Shown: piece after piece, positions 8,590-18,201 of the stretch
How the letters are laid out: each line of letters begins with the position of its first letter
Position numbering within the stretch: the first letter of the stretch is position 1
Assembly: GCA_964524995.1 (NCBI GenBank)
Contig: CAZGDV010000004.1
Location: 1-55,738 of the forward strand
Direction: 5' to 3'
Length of the DNA: 55,738 nt
From: an uncultured Dehalococcoidia bacterium
Lineage (GTDB): Bacteria; Chloroflexota; Dehalococcoidia; SZUA-161
Notes under the pieces: generated by a model
What the model was told of the DNA's origin: nothing
Databases searched by the model: none
The model's input: the letters and a program-made list of their open reading frames with translations, nothing else
Program-made: the position numbers and the translations under genes

Positions 8590-10126
8590 CGAACTCGCAA
8601 CCAACGGTATCGTCCTGGTTGTTGAAGATGACGAAGGCATTCGCAATCTGGTCACCAAGTACCTAGGCAGGGCCGGCTTCACTGTTGAGTCGGTAGGCAC
8701 AGGTGCAGAGGCCATTGAGAGAGCCCTGGAGCTCGACGAAGTGCTGCTGCTCCTGGATTATCAACTGCCTGACATGACAGGGAAGCAGGTTGTGGAGAAG
8801 ATCAGCGCGGAGGACAACAAGCCGTTCGTCATGATGACAGGGCACGGCGACGAGAAGACAGCAGTGGAGATGATGAAGCTCGGTGCACGGGATTACGTCG
8901 TCAAAGATGCCGATTTCATCGCCACACTGCCTCAACTTGTTGGGCGCGTTCTCAGGCAGGTCAGGACAGAACAAAGGCTCACGGAAGCTGAGGAACAGCT
9001 GCACGAATCACAGCGCTCTCTGGCCACACTGATGGGCAACCTTCCCGGCATGGCATACCGCTGCAAGGACGACGAGAACAGAACCATGGTCTTCGTCAGT
9101 GAGGGCTGCCGGCAGCTCACCGGTTGCGAGCCCGCGGAACTGACGGAGGGTGGCAGTGTCAAATACGCTCAACTTATTCATCGGGAAGACAGACAGGCAG
9201 TCTTCGATGCAATTCGATCATCGTTGGCCGAGAGAAAGCCCTTTCAGGTCGTCTATCGCATCTGGTGCGCCGATAGGAGTCTCAAGTGGGTGTGGGAAAA
9301 AGGGACTGGCCTGTACTCCCTTGATGAAGACTTCGTCGCAATCGAGGGCTTCGTCACTGACATCACAGAGCGCAAGCTGGCCGAAGAGGCACTGCAGGAG
9401 GTAGATCGCCTGAAATCGGAATTCGTCGCTAACGTATCTCATGAACTCAAGACACCTCTGCAGGCTATCACCGGGAGCACCCGACTCATTCTGGCCAAGA
9501 AGGTGCCGGATCACGAGACGCAACGCGAGTTCCTGACGATCATCGACAAACAGAGCAAGCGCCTCACTGAGCTGATCAACGACCTATTGGATGCCTCACG
9601 AATGGAATCCGGCCGTTTCAGCATCGATCGCGTGCCGACCGACGTCGGCGAGATTGTACATGCCGCGATAGAGGAAACTGGCAGTATCGCCGGCGAGAAG
9701 GGTATCTCCATACATGCGGATGTCTCACTCTCACCGGCCCGGGCCCTCTCTGACGCGACGCGCATCAAGCAGGTCATAATCAACCTCCTCGGTAATGCAA
9801 TCAAGTTCAGCGATGAAGGCTCCACCATCACCGTGAGGGTGGAGCAGACCAACTCCGAGGTGCTCACCCAGGTATCAGACCACGGCTGCGGCATACCCGA
9901 CGACGCCATACCTAAGCTGTTTGACAGGTTTCACCAAATTGATGGCTCAGCAACACGCAATAGCGGCGGTAGCGGCCTCGGGCTCTACATCTCCAAGCAG
10001 ATCGTGGACGCGCATGGAGGACAGATGTGGGTAGAGAGCAAGTTGGGAGAGGGAAGCACTTTCAGCTTCACCCTGCCAGCAGCTCACCACGGTTCCGAAC
10101 TGACGCCGCAGGGCCAAGAGAGGTGA
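8567..10126 (+). CDS. Hybrid sensor kinase HK2: receiver, PAS, HisKA, HATPase
   Basis: [15 protein letters not shown] receiver, one [32 protein letters not shown]. Confidence 0.92.
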   Translation: MKAPESIDELATNGIVLVVEDDEGIRNLVTKYLGRAGFTVESVGTGAEAIERALELDEVLLLLDYQLPDMTGKQVVEKISAEDNKPFVMMTGHGDEKTAVEMMKLGARDYVVKDADFIATLPQLVGRVLRQVRTEQRLTEAEEQLHESQRSLATLMGNLPGMAYRCKDDENRTMVFVSEGCRQLTGCEPAELTEGGSVKYAQLIHREDRQAVFDAIRSSLAERKPFQVVYRIWCADRSLKWVWEKGTGLYSLDEDFVAIEGFVTDITERKLAEEALQEVDRLKSEFVANVSHELKTPLQAITGSTRLILAKKVPDHETQREFLTIIDKQSKRLTELINDLLDASRMESGRFSIDRVPTDVGEIVHAAIEETGSIAGEKGISIHADVSLSPARALSDATRIKQVIINLLGNAIKFSDEGSTITVRVEQTNSEVLTQVSDHGCGIPDDAIPKLFDRFHQIDGSATRNSGGSGLGLYISKQIVDAHGGQMWVESKLGEGSTFSFTLPAAHHGSELTPQGQER

Positions 10127-10515
10127 AAGCTTTGGCCAGGATATTGCTTATAGAAGATGACCCAGCGGCCCGAAGACTGGTGGGCTACGCTCTCGAACAG
10201 GAGGGACACGAGGTTCTCACAGCTTCCAATGGCATAGAGGGTCTAAAGAAGGCGAAGGAAGAGGCCCCAGAGCTTCTCGTACTTGACGTCATGCTTCCAG
10301 GACTAGATGGGTTCGAAGTATGTCACAGGCTGAGAAAGGAAGAGGCCACAGTAGACTTGCCGATCCTGATGCTCTCGGCCAAGGCCCAGGAGTGCGACAT
10401 CGCGACGGGTAGAAAGATGGGTGCAGACGACTATCTAACCAAGCCCGCCGACCCATTGGAGATCGCGTCTCGTGTTGCAGCACTGCTAGAGAAACCCAAT
10501 GGTAGTAGTGTCTGA
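10123..10515 (+). CDS. Single-domain response regulator
   Basis: GTGA overlap with the HK2 stop; [29 protein letters not shown]; no output domain. Confidence 0.9.
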   Translation: MKALARILLIEDDPAARRLVGYALEQEGHEVLTASNGIEGLKKAKEEAPELLVLDVMLPGLDGFEVCHRLRKEEATVDLPILMLSAKAQECDIATGRKMGADDYLTKPADPLEIASRVAALLEKPNGSSV

Positions 10516-10595
10516 CTGGTTGAGTCTAGAGGGTTGTTTTGCTGCAGACCCATGCCTTCCACGGAGAAGCGGACAAGAATGCAGGAGCGTAACGT

Positions 10596-12314
10596 ATGGA
10601 TGCCAAGGAAGACTCATCCGCCGCATCGGAGTTGAAGACCAGGCTGGGCAGGGTGCTCGTCGACACCGGACGCATCACCCAGGAGCAGCTCGAAGAGGCT
10701 CTCGGGCTGCAAACGATCGAGAACCGTAAGCTGGGCGAGGTTCTCATCGAGCGCGGTCTGGCAACAGCTGAAGACATAGCCACAGCACTAAGCCTCCAAC
10801 TGAACCTGCCCCTGATAGACCTGAAACGCCACGTTGTCCAGCCTAACGCGTTGAAGCTGGTTTCCGAGCGCGTCGCCAGGAAGCATGTGCTCATACCACT
10901 GGACGTCGCAGGTGATGCACTCGTCGTGGTGATGGCAGACCCGACGGACATAGTCGCGATCCAGGACGTATCGGTCCAGGCCGAGATGAGGGTGCAGCCA
11001 GCGGTCGGCATCCCCCAGGACATACAAGAGGCGATAGACCTCAATTACAAGGCAATCAGCGAGATCGAGCAGGAGGTTGGGCAATTCGCCTTCACTACCA
11101 CCACTGCAAACAAACCCACACCAGAGTTGGAAGACGCGATCTCGCACACGCCGGTGGTCCGAACCGTAGACCTGTTGATCGCTCAGGCCTTGAAGGAGCG
11201 CGCCTCGGACATCCACATAGAGCCTCAGGAAGACAGAACCCGAGTCCGCTATAGAGTGGATGGAGTGCTGCATGACGCAATGTCGTTGCCCAAGAGCGCC
11301 CTTGAGTCTCTTATCTCAAGGGTGAAGATTCTAGCCGACATGAATATCGCTGAGCGAAGAAGACCGCAGGATGGGCAGTTCTCCATAAAGGGTGAAGGAT
11401 GGGAAGCCGACATCCGCGCCGCCACGTATGACACAGGATACGGGGAGACAGTGGTAATGCGCCTATTGGACAAGTCGCTGCCGCTATTCGCTCTGAACGA
11501 CCTTGGCATGCGGCCCGAGGTCATGACCAGGTATCTCGACATGCTCAAGTGCCCGTATGGAATGATACTCGTGGCAGGCCCGACCGGATCGGGCAAGACT
11601 ACCACCCTCTACTCTTCGATAAACCAGCTCGACAGGCATCAAAAGAACATTATAACGATTGAGGACCCCATCGAGTATCAGTTCAGCAATCTCAAACAGA
11701 CGCAAGTCAACGTAAGAGCAGACATCACGTTTGCGACAGGCATGAGGGCACTGATGAGGCTGGATCCCGACGTCATACTTGTCGGCGAGATACGCGACGG
11801 CGATACCGCGAAGATGGCCATACAGGCAGCGCTCACCGGCCATTTGGTGCTCTCCTCGATACACGCAAACGACGTTGTCGGGGTGCTGTTCAGGCTCATG
11901 GACCTGGGGGTAGAACCCTATCTGATAGCCTCAGCAGTGATCGGGGTTGTTGCTCAGAGAATGATCCGTCTGATCTGCTCGCACTGCCGCGAACCGTACG
12001 AGCCACCGCCCGGGGAGTTGGACGTCTACAGAGGAATCCTAGGCGAAGGGGCAGAACCGCCTACCTTCTATCACGGGTATGGGTGCAATCTGTGCGCCCA
12101 GACGGGCTACCTGAAGAGGACTGGCGTTTACGAGGTCATGCCCATAAGCGAAGAGTCAAGGCAACTGTTCCTCAAAGGTGCAGCGCCCAGCGCTATCAGA
12201 TCTCAGGGGATCGAAGAAGGCATGGTGCCCTTGAAGGTCGATGGAATGCTCAAGGTCAAGAACGGACTCACGACCACAGAGGAAGTGCTCCGCAACGTTT
12301 TCTCCATTGGCTAG
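10596..12314 (+). CDS. pilB: Type IV pilus assembly ATPase (PilB/GspE family) with N-terminal MshEN motif pair
   Basis: Walker A GPTGSGKTTT, TIEDPIE, Walker B DPDVILVGEIRD, LSSIHAN, Zn motif CSHC...CNLC; RLG/KLG repeats at the N-terminus. Confidence 0.95.
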   Translation: MDAKEDSSAASELKTRLGRVLVDTGRITQEQLEEALGLQTIENRKLGEVLIERGLATAEDIATALSLQLNLPLIDLKRHVVQPNALKLVSERVARKHVLIPLDVAGDALVVVMADPTDIVAIQDVSVQAEMRVQPAVGIPQDIQEAIDLNYKAISEIEQEVGQFAFTTTTANKPTPELEDAISHTPVVRTVDLLIAQALKERASDIHIEPQEDRTRVRYRVDGVLHDAMSLPKSALESLISRVKILADMNIAERRRPQDGQFSIKGEGWEADIRAATYDTGYGETVVMRLLDKSLPLFALNDLGMRPEVMTRYLDMLKCPYGMILVAGPTGSGKTTTLYSSINQLDRHQKNIITIEDPIEYQFSNLKQTQVNVRADITFATGMRALMRLDPDVILVGEIRDGDTAKMAIQAALTGHLVLSSIHANDVVGVLFRLMDLGVEPYLIASAVIGVVAQRMIRLICSHCREPYEPPPGELDVYRGILGEGAEPPTFYHGYGCNLCAQTGYLKRTGVYEVMPISEESRQLFLKGAAPSAIRSQGIEEGMVPLKVDGMLKVKNGLTTTEEVLRNVFSIG

Positions 12315-12351
12315 GTGAGAATGCGACGGAAGTCTTGCGAGGCAAGTGTCT

Positions 12352-13557
12352 ATGGCCTACAAGTACGTAGCTTACAGGGAGGACGGGACTGTAGTGCGGG
12401 GGACTATCGAAGCTGCGTCAGAAGCGCTCGCCAAGGAGACGATTGTACGCTCAGGGCACAATCTGCTCAGCATACAGGCGAGCGGCGCACGGCCTAATCT
12501 CTCCAACCTTCTTCCCAGTCTCTTCGGCATCAAGACCAAACACATGATCGCGTTCACGCGCCGACTCGCCACGCTGGTCGAGAGGGGCATCCCTCTCGTC
12601 AAGTCGCTCCGGCTTCTGGGGGACCAGGCCTACGACCCGAGATTCAAGGAGGTGATCAGCCTGCTTGTGCAGGATGTCCAACAAGGCGTTTCGTTGGCCG
12701 ATGCAGCGGGGAAGCATCCCGAGGCCTTTCCGCCGGTCTACGTGCAGATGCTGATAGTGAGCGAGCGGACCGGCAACCTAGAGGCGGTTCTCAGACAGGC
12801 TGCGGATTATGTCGAGAGAGAGAACCTTCTGCTGAAGAAGGTAGCCAGGGCGATGGCATACCCAGCCTTCATTCTGGTGCTGGCATCTGGCGTAGCCGTT
12901 ATTCTCACTGTCTTCACGCTGCCCCCCCTCCTGGAGATATTCTCTGAGTTTGAAGCTGACCTGCCCCTAGTCACTCGTCTCGTGGTTGGGCTCGTGGATT
13001 TCGTCTCCGACTACAAGCTCATCCTGGCCGCCGCCTTAGCCGCGATTGTGATTGCTGTCATTCTTCTCACACGGGGAGCCGGCGGCCGCAAGCGGCTTGA
13101 CAGGCTGGTGTTGACGGTACCCTTTGTCCGGGAGATCGTAACTATGCGTGAAATGGCCCATTTCACTCGTACCCTCTCCATGCTGCTCCATGCTGGTCTC
13201 CCGATGCACGACGCTATGGAGACAACGGCTGTCACCGCCCGCAACTCGGTAGTGCGCGAGACGCTCTCCAACACAAGGCAAGACATAATGATGGGCGCAA
13301 GCATGTCACACGCCATGAGATCGAGCGGCTTCTACCCCAAGTTCCTCGTCGAAGCGGTACAGGTCGGAGAGCAGGGCGGCACCTTGAGCCAGGACCTCTC
13401 AGCTATGGCCGAATGGTACGAAGACGAGGTTAACGATAAGGTCAACAACCTGACGTCGATGTTGGGCCCGGTTCTGCTGCTGGCTGTCGGCCTTGTCGTC
13501 GGCTTCCTCGCTGTCTCAGTGATTCTGCCTATGTACACGATCATGGGGGCAATCTAG
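12352..13557 (+). CDS. pilC: Type IV pilus platform protein (PilC/GspF family)
   Basis: YKYVAY..G..V.G.IEA.S, two GspF-type domains (E..G.L...L..AA, GE..G.L), AMAYPAFIL, final TM ending ILPMY. Confidence 0.93.
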   Translation: MAYKYVAYREDGTVVRGTIEAASEALAKETIVRSGHNLLSIQASGARPNLSNLLPSLFGIKTKHMIAFTRRLATLVERGIPLVKSLRLLGDQAYDPRFKEVISLLVQDVQQGVSLADAAGKHPEAFPPVYVQMLIVSERTGNLEAVLRQAADYVERENLLLKKVARAMAYPAFILVLASGVAVILTVFTLPPLLEIFSEFEADLPLVTRLVVGLVDFVSDYKLILAAALAAIVIAVILLTRGAGGRKRLDRLVLTVPFVREIVTMREMAHFTRTLSMLLHAGLPMHDAMETTAVTARNSVVRETLSNTRQDIMMGASMSHAMRSSGFYPKFLVEAVQVGEQGGTLSQDLSAMAEWYEDEVNDKVNNLTSMLGPVLLLAVGLVVGFLAVSVILPMYTIMGAI

Positions 13558-13560
13558 TCT

Positions 13561-14025
13561 ATGACACCGCCGCCAGGAGTGAGACGGGGAGATTCAAGGT
13601 CGATGAAACCATTGGACAACAATGGCAGCCGCTGCACAAGCGAAAGGGGTGCCGGACTCGTGGAGGCTCTGATCGCAACCGCCATCGTAGGTGTGGGGCT
13701 CACCGCCCTGCTGGCGGCCCTGGCGACAGGATCGCTCGCCGTGAACAGGTCCGGTGACGGAGTAACCGCCGAGAATCTGGCGCGGTCACAGATGGAGTAC
13801 GCCAAGAGCCAAGTCTACCGACCGGCCCCAGCCGAATACAAACTGATCAGCCCGGTCCCGGACGGCTACGTCATTTCCGCCCTCGCCTCACCGATCTCCG
13901 GGCGCGACCAGGATATACAGCGCATAACTGTCACTGTGACGCGCGATGGGCAGACCGTGGCCGAGATCGAGTCCTTCAAGGCAAACCGATGGAGAGAATC
14001 GCTGGCGGTAACCAGAGAGGAATGA
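13561..14025 (+). CDS. Minor pilin/pseudopilin
   Basis: SERG|AGLVEALIATAIVGVGL class III signal (E+5, A at +1); true start may be ATG 13603. Confidence 0.8.
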   Translation: MTPPPGVRRGDSRSMKPLDNNGSRCTSERGAGLVEALIATAIVGVGLTALLAALATGSLAVNRSGDGVTAENLARSQMEYAKSQVYRPAPAEYKLISPVPDGYVISALASPISGRDQDIQRITVTVTRDGQTVAEIESFKANRWRESLAVTREE

Positions 14026-14504
14026 CTCTTGTCGAGACGCTGCTCGCGGCAGGAATCGGGGCCCTGCTGGTGGGTGTGCTCACGTCTGCTGTCTTCCAGT
14101 TCGTCATCGCTACCGAGCAGGGGAATAGCCGTTTCACAACTCTTCACGATGTTCAAAACGCAGGCTACTGGATCAGTGTGGACGGGCAGGAAGCACAGTC
14201 AGTTGACCTGGTTGAGGGAATGCCCGCTAAGGAGATGACCCTGTCATGGTCCAGCCGGGGTCAAGACCACGAGGTCAGATACTACCTGGTGGGGTCGGAG
14301 CTCAAGCGGGAACACGATGACACCACGACAACCGTGGCCAGACACATCTCCGTCGTCAAGTTCTCGGTATCCGGCAGGGTCATCCAGGCGTCGCTCACAA
14401 GCTCGGCCGGAGACCGCTGGGAGGAGGAGGCTGACACTACCATTAGTGTCCTCATGCGTCCGAGTAGCTCAGATGCCAGAAGTATATGGGGAAGACAAGC
14501 ATGA
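13989..14504 (+). CDS. Minor pilin/pseudopilin (PilW/PulJ-like)
   Basis: NQRG|MTLVETLLAAGIGALL class III signal with E+5. Confidence 0.85.
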   Translation: MERIAGGNQRGMTLVETLLAAGIGALLVGVLTSAVFQFVIATEQGNSRFTTLHDVQNAGYWISVDGQEAQSVDLVEGMPAKEMTLSWSSRGQDHEVRYYLVGSELKREHDDTTTTVARHISVVKFSVSGRVIQASLTSSAGDRWEEEADTTISVLMRPSSSDARSIWGRQA

Positions 14505-15811
14505 AGAGCGAGAAGGGCCAAGTGCTTGCGCTTGCACTCGCTGCGCTTGGCCTAGGCAGCCTTCTCGTAGCACCGTTCCTGCAGGCGGTGAGCGTGAACG
14601 CCATCGCATCCAGGAACTACGACGGCATCGCCAGGGAGCACTACGCAGCCGATGCCGGAGTCGAAGATGGGATATGGAGGTTGACGGAAGGACTGTTGAG
14701 CAAATACCTGAGTGCGCCAGGTGATTCGTACAGCTACTCGATCGCGGAGACGGTGAACGGCCTCTCACCAATGATCACAATCACGAGGGACAAGGTAATC
14801 ATAGCCGAGGATGGCTTCGAGAGCGCCAGCTGGAGCGGCGGCAGTGGCTGGAGCAAAGACTGGTATCACGAAGGCGACGCCAGTATAGTGACCAGCGGAT
14901 CACCGCATGGCGGTTCGCGCCACCTGCAACTGCTGAGGAACACAGGCTACGTAAGGCGGATAACAGGTCTATCCGGGCAGGCTGGGGCGCACCTTCAGTT
15001 TTGGGCCAAGGCCCGATCGTTCGAAGGGGGGGAGGAGGCAAGATGCCTGATCAGTCCCAACGGCAGCGACTGGACAACGGTCAGGACATGGGTAAACGGC
15101 GAAGACGACAACGTCTATCGCTTCAACGACATCGACCTGGCTGCCTACGGTTTGAGCAGTACGCTATGGATTGCCTTCGAGGCTGATATGTCGGGCACGG
15201 GGGACTACCTGTACATCGACGATCTGGCCGTGGTCATAGTGCTGTCAGGTTCAGGATCGGACATGCCGAGCGACGACTTCGAGAGCAGAAGCTGGTCGGG
15301 TGGGTCAGGGTGGCTCGGTAGCTGGACCCATACAGGTGATGCGAGTGTAAGGAAGCAAGGGGGTCCCCACAGCGGAAGCTACCACTTGAGAATGAGAAGG
15401 TCTAACAGCCGGGTTGCGAGAGCCGCAGACCTGTCCGGTCTGTCAGGGCTCCGACTGCAGTTCTGGGCCAAGGTCTACTCCTTCGAGCGCAGTGACTACG
15501 TGCAGTGCAGGGTAAGCCCTGACGGCAGCCATTGGTCAGAGGTCAGGACCTGGACCTCCGCGGACAGTGACAACACCTATCATGCCGTCGACATAGACCT
15601 GTCACCCTACTCCATGTCCAAAGAGTTCTGGATCGAGTTCGTCTCAGGGATGGACCGTTCCAACGATTACTTCTACATAGATGCCATAGCCATTACGGGC
15701 TCCACCGCATACGAGGTCGTTTCCGTGGCCGGACGACAGTGTATCCGGGCCGACATAGCAGTGGCCGGAGATGAGATCACGGTGAACTCGTGGCAGATCG
15801 AAAGGGAGTAA
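14501..15811 (+). CDS. PilX/GspK-like minor pilin carrying two tandem ~145-aa beta-sandwich-like repeats
   Basis: ATGA overlap; SEKG|QVLALAL lacks E+5; YAADAGVEDGIWRL motif; internal repeats DxFES.SWSGGSGW...LQFWAK...SPxGSxW..VRTW...Y...DIDL..Y...YIDxxA. Confidence 0.8.
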   Translation: MKSEKGQVLALALAALGLGSLLVAPFLQAVSVNAIASRNYDGIAREHYAADAGVEDGIWRLTEGLLSKYLSAPGDSYSYSIAETVNGLSPMITITRDKVIIAEDGFESASWSGGSGWSKDWYHEGDASIVTSGSPHGGSRHLQLLRNTGYVRRITGLSGQAGAHLQFWAKARSFEGGEEARCLISPNGSDWTTVRTWVNGEDDNVYRFNDIDLAAYGLSSTLWIAFEADMSGTGDYLYIDDLAVVIVLSGSGSDMPSDDFESRSWSGGSGWLGSWTHTGDASVRKQGGPHSGSYHLRMRRSNSRVARAADLSGLSGLRLQFWAKVYSFERSDYVQCRVSPDGSHWSEVRTWTSADSDNTYHAVDIDLSPYSMSKEFWIEFVSGMDRSNDYFYIDAIAITGSTAYEVVSVAGRQCIRADIAVAGDEITVNSWQIERE

Positions 15812-15866
15812 TAAAGCTGAACGAATCGGTTTGCTGCTCCAAACAGCGAACTCCGGGAAGTGTACG

Positions 15867-16412
15867 TTGGGCACGAAGATCAGCGTAGCCAAGCTGGGCA
15901 TAGCCGTGACTGTCCTGGCCCTTGTGGCCAACGCATACGTCGGTATCGCTTACATGCGGGACACGGGAGAGAGGGACAGACTCGTGGCAAGTATCGCGGA
16001 GCAGGGCGAACTACTGAGTCAGCAGGATGATGCGGCTACCCTGCGCCAGCTCATCGACAACGTAGAGTCGCAGCTGGTGTCGGAGCGAGAGAGCCTTCCC
16101 ACTGAGAACGGCACAAGCGCTCTGCTGCAGAGCCTTCTAGCATTGGGTGATGACGCCGGGGTTCGAGTCAGCCACCTCGTTACGCGACCGAAGCAGGACG
16201 GCAGGTTTGGCAACAGCACCTATACCGTGGTCTCGGTCTCGATTGAGGCCACGGGCAGCATGTCCCAACTGGATGTCTTTCTGGGCAGCCTTCAAGACAA
16301 CCTGCTCACCGGTTCGAACATCGACGAGATAAGCATAACCGGCATTGACTCGTCGCCAAGAGCGGTTGTCGAGCTATCAGTATACTACCTTGCCGAGGAG
16401 AGCCAGGGTTGA
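15867..16412 (+). CDS. pilO: PilO-like alignment subcomplex protein
   Basis: N-terminal TM helix, coiled coil, LP.E...S.LL..L..L....GV.V, and G...QL..FL..L ferredoxin-like pattern; TTG start after GGGAAG (track start 15831). Confidence 0.7.
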   Translation: MGTKISVAKLGIAVTVLALVANAYVGIAYMRDTGERDRLVASIAEQGELLSQQDDAATLRQLIDNVESQLVSERESLPTENGTSALLQSLLALGDDAGVRVSHLVTRPKQDGRFGNSTYTVVSVSIEATGSMSQLDVFLGSLQDNLLTGSNIDEISITGIDSSPRAVVELSVYYLAEESQG

Positions 16413-16419
16413 GGAGACG

Positions 16420-17865
16420 ATGATAACGAGAAGCACCATCGCGCTGAGCATCGAGTCGACCGATGTAAGGCTGCTCGTGGTTTCCGGGGGGGCGATCCGC
16501 TGCTGGGCCAGCGCGCCCCTGCCCGCCGGGGTTGTGAAGAACGGCCTGGTGACCGACGCGGAGCGTTTCGCCTCGGCCGTTCGCAACGCGCTCCAGCAGT
16601 GCAACAATCCGAAGGGGAAGGTAATCATAGGCCTTACGGGAGTGCGTTCCATCTCGCGCATGGTCTCCCTCCCACGGGTCAAGACAGCCATGGAGTCCAA
16701 TGCCATAGAGTACGCGGCGGAACGTGAGATACCAGTACCGCTAGGAGAACTGTACCTCGCATGGGAGCGAATCGGGGGTAGCGGGTCGATGCAGGATTAC
16801 CTCTTGGTCGCAACGCCGCGCGATATCATCGACCCATTGGTACAAGCGCTGGAACTGGCCGGGGTGGTCCCCGACGCGCTCCACCTCAGCCCTCTCGCTG
16901 TGGCCAGGGCCGTCAACGCGCGACACGCCCTGATCATCAACCTCGAGGAGAACGATTTCGACCTGGTGGCTGTGGCGGACGACATTCCCGTCGTCATGCG
17001 GACAGTCATCTCAAGAAGCAACGTCACTGCCGTCGAGGACAGGGGCCAGCAACTGACGGATGAACTGACGCGCACTGTCCAGTTCTACAACACGGGCGCT
17101 CTTGATCATGCCATCGATCCAAACACTCCTGCCTACGTCTGCGGACAATTGGCCAGTGATGAGAGCCTCCTGGGCATGCTGGCAGGGACATTGCAGTATA
17201 CAATCGAACCCTTCGTGACTCAACTGAGGCATCCGCCCGACTTCCCTCTCGCTCAGTACGCCGTCAACGTCGGCCTTGCGACTGCTCCCAGCATCGCCGG
17301 CAGGAACCGAAGTCGAGGCCCCAGGCATGCAGCGATCCCCAATCCCAACCTGCTCCGAGTCCGATCGCTTCAGCGACGCAAACCCATCAACCGGCTGCTG
17401 CCCGCGCTGGCACCTATCCCGCTGCTGGCCCTGTTTGTCTTCTTGCTTCAGTCGGGCCTCGCCGGACAAAACGAGTTAAGCTCCCTGAGGGCTCAAATGA
17501 CCGATCTGGAGCAACAGGTATCCGAGATCGACGAATTGGCTGCGGCGCTGGCCGAGTTTGAAAGCGAAATCACGGAGCTCAGAGCCCAACGCCAGTCCAT
17601 TCTGGGTACCGGCGACAAGCTCGTCCAGGGATTGGTCGCAGTGACCGGGATTGCGCCGCCGGGCATTCAGCTCATCTCAGTGGAGGAGGCTGGCGAGGAG
17701 ATTCGCCTCGAGGGCAAGGGGCAGAATGCATCGAGCTTCGTTGAGTACGTCAGCCAACTCGAGGGGCTCGGCCTGTTCGAGGATGTCTACGTGAACCACT
17801 TTGGCGACGACGGCGATGACAATTCGGTCTACTTCGGGGTCGTCTGTGTCATGGGGAATGGATAG
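16420..17865 (+). CDS. pilM: PilM (actin-like)-PilN fusion protein
   Basis: IALSIESTDVRLL..LP.G.VKNG.V, A..EIP.PL.EL.L.W, EL.RT..FY, then PNLL + TM + coiled coil + PilN-like P.GI.L.SV...GEEI.LEG.....F...L in one frame. Confidence 0.8.
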   Translation: MITRSTIALSIESTDVRLLVVSGGAIRCWASAPLPAGVVKNGLVTDAERFASAVRNALQQCNNPKGKVIIGLTGVRSISRMVSLPRVKTAMESNAIEYAAEREIPVPLGELYLAWERIGGSGSMQDYLLVATPRDIIDPLVQALELAGVVPDALHLSPLAVARAVNARHALIINLEENDFDLVAVADDIPVVMRTVISRSNVTAVEDRGQQLTDELTRTVQFYNTGALDHAIDPNTPAYVCGQLASDESLLGMLAGTLQYTIEPFVTQLRHPPDFPLAQYAVNVGLATAPSIAGRNRSRGPRHAAIPNPNLLRVRSLQRRKPINRLLPALAPIPLLALFVFLLQSGLAGQNELSSLRAQMTDLEQQVSEIDELAAALAEFESEITELRAQRQSILGTGDKLVQGLVAVTGIAPPGIQLISVEEAGEEIRLEGKGQNASSFVEYVSQLEGLGLFEDVYVNHFGDDGDDNSVYFGVVCVMGNG

Positions 17866-17983
17866 CGACCATCCGGACACATCCGCTGAGTAGTCGGCCA
17901 CCTCAAGCTCCTCTGCTGCGCCACTGCGCCTAATCCGGACTGGGTAGCGCATTCAACTGGTTTCCACGTTACCAACGTTCATC

Positions 17984-18010
17984 CTCCATGCATAGCGTAA
18001 TGCTATGGAG
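17984..18010. promoter_or_regulatory. Palindromic operator candidate upstream of the giant kinase
   Basis: CATAGC-GTAAT-GCTATG (17991-18007) flanked by CTCCAT/ATGGAG; about 40 bp upstream of a TTGACA box. Confidence 0.4.
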
Positions 18011-18049
18011 CACGATCGCGCGCGGGATGAATCGTGTCGAGAAATCCCC

Positions 18050-18080
18050 TTGACATGTCGCCGACCCGGTGATATACATT
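18050..18080 (+). promoter_or_regulatory. sigma70-type promoter candidate for the giant kinase
   Basis: TTGACA (18050-18055), then TATACA at 17 nt or TACATT at 19 nt spacing. Confidence 0.55.
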
Positions 18081-18201
18081 GTTCACCCTCCCCGCGATTC
18101 CTTCACATGTGCCACTCTGCGGAACCCCCTCCACTCCGCATTCCCAAGCCCAACCGCTCTATGGGTGCCCCACGCACGCTGCACTATCGAGGAGGCCGAC
18201 G

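Noticed and set aside
10596-17865. Type II secretion system
   Set aside because: No secretin (GspD) or GspC; the PilM-like actin domain and separate major pilin favour a type IV pilus.
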